This document shows, one piece after another, positions 25,043-33,226 of a stretch of DNA of 64,000 nt (positions are counted from its first letter, which is position 1; the number at the start of each line of letters is the position of its first letter). Under the pieces are notes generated by a model. The model saw only the letters and a program-made list of their open reading frames with translations. It did not search any database and was not told where the DNA came from. The stretch covers positions 8,167 through 72,166 of the forward strand of contig JBKOZZ010000025.1 of NCBI GenBank assembly GCA_046726155.1. The letters are read 5' to 3'. The DNA comes from Acidobacteriota bacterium (lineage in GTDB: Bacteria; Acidobacteriota; Blastocatellia; Pyrinomonadales; Pyrinomonadaceae). A program made the position numbers and the translations under genes.

Positions 25043-26134
25043 ATGTTCCAAAAAGATGGCAAAGCGAAAGATTCGACAACTCCGCGCATTTGCGACGTCG
25101 TTTGGCACGATGGTCAATTCATAAAGTGGAACGACGCCCGCGTGCACGTGATGTCGCATGTTCTTCATTACGGGTCGAGCATTTTTGAGGGCATTCGATG
25201 TTATGCGACCAAACAGGGGCCCGCGGTTTTTCGCTTGCACGAGCACATGCAGCGCTTCCTGAATTCAGCGAAAATCTATCGCATGGACCACGGCTTGAAT
25301 CTGGATCAGTTATGCGATGCGTCTGTCGAGTTAGTCGCGCGTAGTGGTTTGGAACAGTGCTACATCCGGCCAATTCTCTTCCGCAGTCTCGATGAAGAGC
25401 ACCCGGCCTTCGGAGTTAATCCTTTTCCCAACCCGCTCGCTTGTTACATCGGCGCCTGGGACTGGGGCAAGTATCTCGGAGACGAAGCGATCGAAAAAGG
25501 CGTGGACGTTTGCGTCTCGACCTGGAATCGTCTGACGCCAAACTCAATGCCGGCCATGGCCAAGAGCGGCGCAAATTACATGAACTCCCAGCTAATCAAG
25601 ATGGAGGCATTGCTCAACGGCTTTGCGGAGGGCATTGCGCTGGATGACCGCGGCTACGTTTCGGAAGGCTCGGGCGAGAATATTTTTTTGGTTAGCAATG
25701 GGGTCGTCCTAACACCACCGCTCTCGTCGTCGATCCTGCCGGGAATTACGCGTGACAGCGTGATTCAGATTTGCCAGGAGCTGGGCATCACGGTGAAGGA
25801 GCGGACCATTCAACGCGCCGCGCTTTACGTCGCTGACGAACTATTCTTCTCCGGAACGGCCGCGGAGATTACTCCGATTCGCTCCGTCGATCGCATTACG
25901 GTAGGGACTGGCGGTCGGGGTGAGATAACTGAAAAGATTCAGTCGGCTTTCTTTGAAATCACTAAGGGAGACCGAAAGGCTCCCGGCGAGTGGCTCACCT
26001 ATGTAAACGCGGCCAAGAGCTCACAACCGGGCAACAACGGCTTCGAAGCAGAAAAAGCGACCGATGTTAGCGTCAGTAACCAACCACGCGAACCGGTGAT
26101 GAAATTTCAGACAGTGGCTAACGCGATCGAGTAA
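25043..26134 (+). CDS. ilvE: Branched-chain amino-acid aminotransferase (PLP fold type IV) with a ~50-aa C-terminal extension
   Basis: Contains HVLHYGSSIFEGIRCY, MAKSGANYMNSQL and LPGITRD. GGAAGGAG lies upstream of the ATG. Confidence 0.85.
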   Translation: MFQKDGKAKDSTTPRICDVVWHDGQFIKWNDARVHVMSHVLHYGSSIFEGIRCYATKQGPAVFRLHEHMQRFLNSAKIYRMDHGLNLDQLCDASVELVARSGLEQCYIRPILFRSLDEEHPAFGVNPFPNPLACYIGAWDWGKYLGDEAIEKGVDVCVSTWNRLTPNSMPAMAKSGANYMNSQLIKMEALLNGFAEGIALDDRGYVSEGSGENIFLVSNGVVLTPPLSSSILPGITRDSVIQICQELGITVKERTIQRAALYVADELFFSGTAAEITPIRSVDRITVGTGGRGEITEKIQSAFFEITKGDRKAPGEWLTYVNAAKSSQPGNNGFEAEKATDVSVSNQPREPVMKFQTVANAIE

Positions 26135-26162
26135 ACAAAGTAGCTTTATTCTTTGGAACAAC

Positions 26163-26199
26163 AGCAGCGAGCGAGGCAACTTGCTCGCTGCTTTGTTTT
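26163..26199 (+). terminator. Rho-independent terminator downstream of ilvE
   Basis: The stem pairs agcagcgagcgag with cttgctcgctgct around a GCAA loop and is followed by TTGTTTT. Confidence 0.7.
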
Positions 26200-26355
26200 G
26201 CGGGAGGCGCCAGTCATTAATGCGCGCCGGTATGCCGGGCGGTAACTAAAGAGGACAAGCAAAGACTAACGGTTCAACCCAGGAGTTGAATCTTCCTTCG
26301 AAGTTGGTCGTCGGAAGTTCCCCATCCTACCGGCGAGGCCTGGAGAACGTCAGCG

Positions 26356-26385
26356 TTGACGCTTCTCAATCGGTCAGGCTATATT
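26356..26385 (+). promoter_or_regulatory. Candidate sigma70 promoter for pilT (TTGACG-N18-TATATT)
   Basis: Read directly: gcgTTGACGcttctcaatcggtcaggcTATATTcgg, about 125 nt upstream of the pilT ATG. Confidence 0.3.
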
Positions 26386-26509
26386 CGGTACAGCATTTCC
26401 CACTCGTTATCGGGAAATGCGCCCCGCAAATTAGTTCAAGCGCTCCTTCCGGCGCAAAAATCAACAGACTCGCTAGCCAGATTTTCTAGAGTTTCGAAAG
26501 GTCCATTCG

Positions 26510-27682
26510 ATGCCCCCAAAAATTGATGATCTATTACGAGTTGCGGCCAGCCATGGCGCCTCTGACCTCCACCTTAAAGTCGGCGCGTTTCCCTTCATGC
26601 GCGTCGCGGGCGAACTGCACCCGCTTGCCGACGCTCCCCGGTTGAAGCCGGAGGACACTCTGGACATGGCGTTCGCGATGATGTCCAACCGCCAGAAGCA
26701 GCGGTTCAAAGAAGCCTCGGAATGTGACATCGGATACGGAGTCGAGGGTTTGGGAAGATTTCGCGCGAACATCTTTCAACAGCGAGGCACCGTGAGCATC
26801 GTCCTGCGCGTTATCCCGGATAAAACGAGAAGCTCAGCAGAGCTCGGTTTGCCCCTGGTAATTGACCGCATCACTGAGGAGCGTCGCGGGCTGATTCTGG
26901 TGACCGGCTCAACCGGATCAGGTAAATCTACAACCCTGGCGGCGATGATCGACCGAATAAATGCGCAGCGCAGTGGGCATATCGTCACCATCGAAGATCC
27001 AATCGAGTTTCTGCATCGCGACAAACTATCGTTTGTGACGCAGCGTGAGGTTGATGTTGATACCAGATCGTTTGCGGAAGCGTTGCGCGGTGCTTTGCGA
27101 CAGGATCCGGACGTGATCCTGGTCGGTGAAATGCGCGACTCCGAAACCATTGAGACTGCATTGACGGCAGCCGAGACCGGTCACCTCGTCTTATCAACGC
27201 TCCACACGCTTGATGCCACTGAAACCGTCATGCGCATTGTTTCGTCGTTTCCAGCGCACCAACAGAAATCTGTGCGCATACAGCTCGCCGGCATTCTTAA
27301 GGCGGTTGTCTCGATGAGATTGGTTCGAGCCGCCAAAGGCGCGGGTCGCGTGCCCGCGATTGAAGTGATGGTCTCAACGGCGCTGATCCGCGACTACATA
27401 ATCAACGAAGAAAGAACTTATCTCATTCGTGAGGCCATTGCGGCGGGCCACTCGCAATACGGCATGCAGACTTTTGATCAGTCCCTTTTTCAACTTGTCC
27501 AATCGGGTGTTATCTCGATGGCAGAAGCGCTGCACAACGCCAGCAATCCTGACGAGTTTAAGATGCGTGTCTCAGGAATTCTTTCAGCCGAACAGGCGAT
27601 AAATACCATGCGTCCGATTGCTGTTGCCGGAGCGCCGCCAGCTTCAAAAGAAAGAGGCATGGAAGACGTCTTCGTGCGTTAG
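26510..27682 (+). CDS. pilT: Type IV pilus retraction ATPase PilT
   Basis: Begins ASDLHLKVG. Carries Walker A (GSTGSGKSTT), Walker B (ILVGEMRD) and the AHLVLSTLHT-type His box (GHLVLSTLHT). Confidence 0.85.
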   Translation: MPPKIDDLLRVAASHGASDLHLKVGAFPFMRVAGELHPLADAPRLKPEDTLDMAFAMMSNRQKQRFKEASECDIGYGVEGLGRFRANIFQQRGTVSIVLRVIPDKTRSSAELGLPLVIDRITEERRGLILVTGSTGSGKSTTLAAMIDRINAQRSGHIVTIEDPIEFLHRDKLSFVTQREVDVDTRSFAEALRGALRQDPDVILVGEMRDSETIETALTAAETGHLVLSTLHTLDATETVMRIVSSFPAHQQKSVRIQLAGILKAVVSMRLVRAAKGAGRVPAIEVMVSTALIRDYIINEERTYLIREAIAAGHSQYGMQTFDQSLFQLVQSGVISMAEALHNASNPDEFKMRVSGILSAEQAINTMRPIAVAGAPPASKERGMEDVFVR

Positions 27683-27721
27683 CGATCCTGTTTACGAGGT
27701 CTTGCCATGGCGAAGGTTTGC

Positions 27722-29758
27722 TTAGGGCTTAGCAACTCCTTCATCAGCCAAACTTGAGAGCGGAGGCAGCGGTAGTTCGAACGTCTGCGGATTCTCGCCA
27801 ATGATGGCGGCCGCGAAGAACCTGGGCACGTAGCCAGCGTTTTCGTTGCGAAAGGTTTCATCAAGTTTTTCGCGGTGGGTGAAAAGCGTCCAGAAATTCC
27901 TTTCGTAGTTCTCCGTACCTCTTAGCTCGCGCAAAGTGTTCCTAACCCATTCCGGACCGCGATTGTAACTGAGTAACACCAGCGTCACGCTTTCCGAATC
28001 CTCTCCGAGCTCAGCCATGCGATCCGCGATGTAATGCGCGGCGGCCGGCGTCATCTTCTCCACGTCACACATGTCCTGACGCGCTACGCCGTAGTTTTCT
28101 GCTGTCTGTGGCAGAAACTGGAACAGTCCCTTTGCCCCAACACTATTCTCATAACAATTGCGATACGCCGACTCGATCACCGGCAAATAAATGCCGATAA
28201 TGACCGGGACCTTGCGCGCCGCAAACGAACGAGCAATCAGCGGCACATATGGCCGCGCCCGGCCGTAGACCTCGCTGATACTCTCCAGGCCCAGATCGGC
28301 TGACGGTTTGTTGCGAGCCGCGTAATTATCCACGTATGCCTTGATGACTCGCACGGCATCACCATTCAATTTCACAGGACGGTCGCCCATCATTGTTGAA
28401 ATACGCTGCTCTTCTGCGTTTACGAAGGTGAGTCGTTCGGCGTCGCTCATCTGCGAATAGAGTTTTGTCGTTGTTGTCGTCACTTCCGGCGCACTGGAAA
28501 GGCCTGACGAAGGCTGCAACACCGAGTGCCGCTTAAGCATCACGCCGGCAAGCCCCACTATAAGCAACAGAACGATGCCGAGTATGGGCCAGGTATAACG
28601 AGACAGTGAGCGCCACGCGGAAATTCTCGCAGTCGCAGGCAGTGTCTTCAGCGCTGTCACAGGCGGTGGATCACTACTGAGCTGTTCTCTGACCGTTCTC
28701 AACTCCGCGAGCAACTCACTAGCGGTGCGAAAGCGATCCGCCATTTCTTTGTGCAAACACTTGTGAACGATCTGCTGCAACAGCGATGGGCAGTGATCAT
28801 TTGCAGCGTCGGAAAGCGGCGCGGGTTCGCGATCGAGAATTGCAACCATGGTGTCCATGCGCGTGGCGCCGAGGAACGGCAGCCGCTGCGTCAGCATTTC
28901 ATAGAGCACCACGCCGAGACTCCAAATGTCGGTGCGTTCGTCGACCGGCAGCGCGCGCGCCTGCTCCGGCGACATGTAGTTCACCGTACCCATCACTATC
29001 CCAGCTTCAGTGTGCGTCCTTCCGTCCGGCTGGGTTTGATTGAAGTCGCCTGCAGTCCGGGGTTCCATCAGTTTGGCTATTCCGAAATCAAGAATCTTTA
29101 CCAAACCGTCGGCGCGCCGCATGATGTTCTCGGGCTTGATGTCGCGATGCACGATGCCTGCGGTGTGCGCAGCCGAGAGCGCGGAAGCAACCTGCTCGGC
29201 GATATCCAAGATCTCTTCAAGAGACAACTCCTGCTTCCGAACCAGCTCGCGAATCGTTTGCCCGTCAATGAACTCAGTGGCGATAAAATAAACTCCACCA
29301 CTCTCTCCTACTTCATGAATCGTAAGGATGTTTGGATGGTTCAAAGCCGATGCGGCCCGGGCTTCCCTTTGAAAGCGCCTTAGGCGGTTCTCGTCAGACG
29401 CAAAGTAAGCCGGCAGAATTTTCAAGGCCACGAGCCGGTCGAGCCGTGCATCCTCAGCAAGATAAACTTCACCCATGCCGCCCGCGCCAAGGCGCTCGAT
29501 GATTTTGTAGGGCCCGATGCCATGTCCGATTTTGCGGTCGACGTCGTCGCCGACTAAAACGCGCGCGTCTTGTGCAATTGCCGGTTGTTCAATGAAGTCC
29601 CCTGCTTCATGGTAAGCGTCAATCAGTGAAGTTGCTTCCGCTTTCATCTGCTTGTTACCCGCGCAGACTTCATCGAGAAACGAAGAGCGCTCATGCGGTG
29701 GACGATCAAGTGCCGCCTGTAAAACGCTCTCTACTTCTTGCCATTGTTCAGGAGTCAT
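27722..29758 (-). CDS. Ser/Thr protein kinase with one TM segment and a C-terminal lytic-transglycosylase-like (SLT) ectodomain
   Basis: Start chosen at MTPEQWQEVESVL (29758). Kinase motifs are GAGGMGEVYLA, HRDIKPEN and DFG. The TM segment is WPILGIVLLLIVGLAGVML. The ectodomain carries the motifs VIES, GAKGLFQFLPQTA and LLSYNRG. Confidence 0.8.
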   Translation of the reverse strand: MTPEQWQEVESVLQAALDRPPHERSSFLDEVCAGNKQMKAEATSLIDAYHEAGDFIEQPAIAQDARVLVGDDVDRKIGHGIGPYKIIERLGAGGMGEVYLAEDARLDRLVALKILPAYFASDENRLRRFQREARAASALNHPNILTIHEVGESGGVYFIATEFIDGQTIRELVRKQELSLEEILDIAEQVASALSAAHTAGIVHRDIKPENIMRRADGLVKILDFGIAKLMEPRTAGDFNQTQPDGRTHTEAGIVMGTVNYMSPEQARALPVDERTDIWSLGVVLYEMLTQRLPFLGATRMDTMVAILDREPAPLSDAANDHCPSLLQQIVHKCLHKEMADRFRTASELLAELRTVREQLSSDPPPVTALKTLPATARISAWRSLSRYTWPILGIVLLLIVGLAGVMLKRHSVLQPSSGLSSAPEVTTTTTKLYSQMSDAERLTFVNAEEQRISTMMGDRPVKLNGDAVRVIKAYVDNYAARNKPSADLGLESISEVYGRARPYVPLIARSFAARKVPVIIGIYLPVIESAYRNCYENSVGAKGLFQFLPQTAENYGVARQDMCDVEKMTPAAAHYIADRMAELGEDSESVTLVLLSYNRGPEWVRNTLRELRGTENYERNFWTLFTHREKLDETFRNENAGYVPRFFAAAIIGENPQTFELPLPPLSSLADEGVAKP

Positions 29759-29807
29759 AACAGGCCAGCGTGAAGTTGGAAGGATGAAGGATAAAAACCT
29801 TCCTTCT

Positions 29808-30431
29808 TCATCCTTCACCCTTCATCCTTCTAAACAGCCATGCTTTCGCCGCGCGCCAGTCGCGGCGCACAGTCATGGATGAAACTTTGAGCACTTCCGC
29901 GGTCTCATCAAGGCTCAACCCGCCGAAGTAGCGCAGCTCCACCACTCGACTCTTGCGAGGGTCGAGTTTAGCAAGTTCATCCAGAGCTTCATCAAGCGCA
30001 CACAATTCCGCAGCACGCGGCCCCGACATTAGCGCCGCTCCTTGCGTGGCGAGAGCCTCACTGAACTCAATTCGCTTCGCCTCACCGCCATGTTTGACGT
30101 AATGCCTCCGGCGCGCATAGTCGATCAAAATGTGACGCATCACCTGGGCGGTCACTGCGAAGAAGTGCGCGCGATTCTGCCAGTTAATCTGCTGCTGACC
30201 CGCCAGGCGAAGATATGCCTCGTTCACGAGTGCCGTAGTTTGCAGCGTGTGGCCTTCACGCTCTCGTTGCACGTAGCGATGCGCAATGCGTCGTATCTCG
30301 TCGTATACCAGGGGCGTCAACTTATCGAGCGCGGTCCTGTCTCCCCGCTGCCATTCGATAAGCAGTCCCGTCAAGTCATCGCCCATAACACCATCAATCG
30401 TAAGCGCCGTCATCGTGCGAGATTCTAACAT
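29808..30431 (-). CDS. ECF sigma factor, TIGR02999/ECF43-like (the kinase-associated group); the start is uncertain (30431 or 30413)
   Basis: Contains [34 protein letters not shown]...[17 protein letters not shown] and the region 4 sequence [31 protein letters not shown]. Confidence 0.8.
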   Translation of the reverse strand: MLESRTMTALTIDGVMGDDLTGLLIEWQRGDRTALDKLTPLVYDEIRRIAHRYVQREREGHTLQTTALVNEAYLRLAGQQQINWQNRAHFFAVTAQVMRHILIDYARRRHYVKHGGEAKRIEFSEALATQGAALMSGPRAAELCALDEALDELAKLDPRKSRVVELRYFGGLSLDETAEVLKVSSMTVRRDWRAAKAWLFRRMKGEG

Positions 30432-30507
30432 CGGTCGTCCAGCAAACTTCAGTCTGTCCAAATTCATGAAGAATAAAGTCAACGCGAGGAAAATTTATCG
30501 AATATCG

Positions 30508-30579
30508 ATGAACACTTTTGGCTCGATTTCTCGCTTGCCGGTTTTACTTAATGAACACTTTCGCTTTGATTCCTCGCTT
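30508..30579 (+). promoter_or_regulatory. Two tandem 29-bp direct repeats, each with a GAACAC-N16-CGCT arrangement (ECF-type -35/-10 spacing), facing the secreted SLT gene
   Basis: The repeats are atGAACACttttggctcgatttctCGCTt (30508-30536) and atGAACACtttcgctttgattcctCGCTt (30551-30579). The outer blocks and spacing are conserved while the spacer sequence diverges. Confidence 0.4.
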
Positions 30580-30649
30580 AATTTAATGTAAGGCAACTTA
30601 GCAAAAACCGGGTACGTTGTTTCAGATCAAAACAAATGAGGAACAAAAA

Positions 30650-31474
30650 ATGAACTCGCAAAAGATGCTTCTAATACTTCTGGCCTTGATAATTTCTTGC
30701 GTAACCAGCTCGCAGCAAACCAATGCCCAGACCAACCCGTCCGGTAAGATTTACCAGCAGATGACGCCGGCCGAGCGCTCGGCCTTTGTTTCCGAACAGG
30801 CCCAACGGATCGCACGCGTGATGTCAGGAAGCAACTACGAATTTACTTCCGACTTCGTGGCTGACATTCAGCAAGCCGTCAATCAATATGCGCGGCGGAT
30901 TGGCAACAATCGGGGCGATCAATTAGGAAAGGGCGATGCACGCCTCGTCTTTGAGCGGGGACAGGCCCAGGCGCCGACGTTGATCGCAGCGTTCAAGGCC
31001 CGTAACGTGTCACCGCTCATCGGAGTTTACATTCCGCTGATCGAATCGGAATACGTAAATATTGAACTGCCAAACTCCGTGGGCGCCATTGGTATGTTTC
31101 AGTTTCTCCCGAAGACTGCCGAACGCTTTGGCTTATCGCCGGAGGATCTATTAGACGTGGGAAAATCCGCTGATGCCGCGGCGCGTTACATCAGCAAGAG
31201 CGTCGAACAATTTAAAGAGGATCCGATGAAGGAGGCGCTGGCACTGCTTGCTTATAATCGTGGCGAACAGAAAACGGCACGCGACCTGAAATTTCTAATC
31301 AACGATCAAAATAAGCAATGCAGCATTTGCGCGCTTACGGCCGATCGCAGCAAGCTCGACGCCACGTTTCGATACGAGAACGTGTTTTATGTGCCTCGCT
31401 TCTTTGCCGCAGCCATTATCGGCGAGAACCCGCAAGCCTTCGGCCTGCAAATGCAACCGCTGTCATCGTATTGA
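30650..31474 (+). CDS. Secreted lytic-transglycosylase-like protein, a paralogue of the kinase ectodomain
   Basis: Has a signal peptide and the motifs LIES, GAIGMFQFLPKTA and LLAYNRG. Its C-terminus YVPRFFAAAIIGENPQAFGLQMQPLSS is nearly identical to the kinase tail YVPRFFAAAIIGENPQTFELPLPPLSS. Confidence 0.75.
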   Translation: MNSQKMLLILLALIISCVTSSQQTNAQTNPSGKIYQQMTPAERSAFVSEQAQRIARVMSGSNYEFTSDFVADIQQAVNQYARRIGNNRGDQLGKGDARLVFERGQAQAPTLIAAFKARNVSPLIGVYIPLIESEYVNIELPNSVGAIGMFQFLPKTAERFGLSPEDLLDVGKSADAAARYISKSVEQFKEDPMKEALALLAYNRGEQKTARDLKFLINDQNKQCSICALTADRSKLDATFRYENVFYVPRFFAAAIIGENPQAFGLQMQPLSSY

Positions 31475-31481
31475 GTGAAAC

Positions 31482-33032
31482 TTAATTGACGCGCATACGG
31501 CGCATCACACGCACTCCGGCGCGCCAATCCTCGTTGATGTCGAAGCGATAGATTTCGATGTCGGGAGCGATTGAGTGCGCCAGCGTGTTAAAGGCGGGAT
31601 GGACTCTGAGCGTGGGTGCAACCAGATAGACCAGCGGCGGTTCGTTTCTAATCTTCCGGTCGCCAAAGAGCCTGGCGCGGGCGATGTGCCCGCGGCGACG
31701 GTGTGCCTCAACTCGCTGCCAATAGTCGGCTCCCTGCAATACATGCTCGCGAGCTTCTGAGACTTTCAACTCGATAACTGCCAGCCTCCCATCACGCCTC
31801 AGCGCCAGCAAATCGACCGGCCGAACGCCCAGTACGCCGCCGCGTGCTGTCCTAAACTGCGCGTGCAGTGGCGCAATGATCAATCCGGGATCAAGGCGAG
31901 TAATATCGCGTCTCAGCAGCGACTCAAGCCATGCTTCAGCTGCGTTTCGATAGAGTGCGTGGTGGTGATCGGAAGCATTCGCGGAGCGATGTTCCAGCAA
32001 TTCGATCAAAAGATTAGTCCATTCGTTTTCAGTTTTGTCCTCCAGCAGTCGACGTCGCGATCCTTCGACGCCAAACCAGAGTCGCTCGCTTCCCATCACT
32101 CGGCGCACACGCGCAAAGGGCAAACCAAAATAACGTAGCGTTTCACCATGGCGGGCGATGACCATATCAATTGCCTCCGGCGCCAGGGTAATCAGACGCT
32201 TGGCAGTTTCGCTCGACTCGGCCACGGCGACCGGTGGAAAACGACTCAGCCGCCGTTTCCATAAGTCATCACGCGTGGGAACATCTACCAGCTTCAACTC
32301 ACTTAACTGCTGATCGATTTCGAAAACAACAATGGTTTCTCGTAGACTCTGGCGCAGCAAAGCAACGCATTGGGCCGTTGGCTTAACCAGATCTTTCTCA
32401 ACGAGTAACCAGAGTTGTTGAATGTAAGGAGGACGGGTGCGTTCGCTCGTTCGCTTAAACCACATTAGCGCCGAAGAGATAAAGCTGTCCGCATCACCTG
32501 GCTTACTGGAAGCGACCGAACCTGTGACCGCAATACGTTGGTGCTTCTGTCGCAAAAGAATACGCGCATAGCGTCCGGGCTGTCCGCGTCGCGCCCCCGG
32601 GCTCAACGCGGCGCGCTCAACTTTTGCACCTGAGTAATTCGAACACGCCAACCGGCCGAGTTGTTCGCAACGGGACTGGCGTGCTGCTTTAACCGTTAAC
32701 GCAATAGCGCTGGCTGCCGCACGCGGAACGAGTTCAATCTGCGGCCGCTCAGCGCCCATCCTACGCGACACCTGCAGCAATAACTTTTCGCCCGTCCAAT
32801 CCCAGGCAAAAATCTTCCAGGTGCGACTTCCCTTTTCTGTCCAACAGGAAAGAATCAACCGCGCCTGGTCGACGGTAATATCCAACTCGCTTCGGCCTAA
32901 CGCTTCAGTTTTTCCGGGCTGAATGTTTCCTTCGCTGAACGTACAGAACCACTCAACGTGAGTGGATAACAGCTCGGCTATTTTTGATCTTGCGACTTCT
33001 ATGCGGGCCGGTGTGTTTACGCGTTCGAACAT
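31482..33032 (-). CDS. Hypothetical 516-aa protein with a C-terminal NucS/DUF91-like PD-(D/E)xK nuclease motif
   Basis: The C-terminal block AWLESLLRRDITRLDPGLIIAPLHAQF....RPVDLLALRRDGRLAVIELKVSEAREHVLQGADYW matches the D-x(n)-ExK plus Q..Y pattern of DUF91 nucleases. I do not recognise the N-terminal 350 aa. Confidence 0.5.
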   Translation of the reverse strand: MFERVNTPARIEVARSKIAELLSTHVEWFCTFSEGNIQPGKTEALGRSELDITVDQARLILSCWTEKGSRTWKIFAWDWTGEKLLLQVSRRMGAERPQIELVPRAAASAIALTVKAARQSRCEQLGRLACSNYSGAKVERAALSPGARRGQPGRYARILLRQKHQRIAVTGSVASSKPGDADSFISSALMWFKRTSERTRPPYIQQLWLLVEKDLVKPTAQCVALLRQSLRETIVVFEIDQQLSELKLVDVPTRDDLWKRRLSRFPPVAVAESSETAKRLITLAPEAIDMVIARHGETLRYFGLPFARVRRVMGSERLWFGVEGSRRRLLEDKTENEWTNLLIELLEHRSANASDHHHALYRNAAEAWLESLLRRDITRLDPGLIIAPLHAQFRTARGGVLGVRPVDLLALRRDGRLAVIELKVSEAREHVLQGADYWQRVEAHRRRGHIARARLFGDRKIRNEPPLVYLVAPTLRVHPAFNTLAHSIAPDIEIYRFDINEDWRAGVRVMRRMRVN

Positions 33033-33226
33033 CGGAGAATTATCAGAACCGGGAGCGACTGAGTGAGTGGCAAATGTTTGCTTTACGCAAACTAGCAGTT
33101 TTGCGTAGCAAGAAGCGGACTGAGGGTGTAAAGCGGTTTCCTTAGCGTGTTTCGCCGTTACTTCTACCGTGTGCTACCATTTTTAGTCAACAAATTTCGC
33201 ATAAAAAACTCGCTAACAAACTGTCA

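Noticed and set aside
28751-29383. 210-aa plus-strand ORF, and similar 100-190-aa ORFs antisense to the kinases, leuS and rne (for example 18569..19138, 19330..19824, 49214..49597, 49724..50098)
   Set aside because: All lie antisense or out of frame within genes that carry strong catalytic motifs. They are typical long shadow ORFs of moderately GC-rich DNA.
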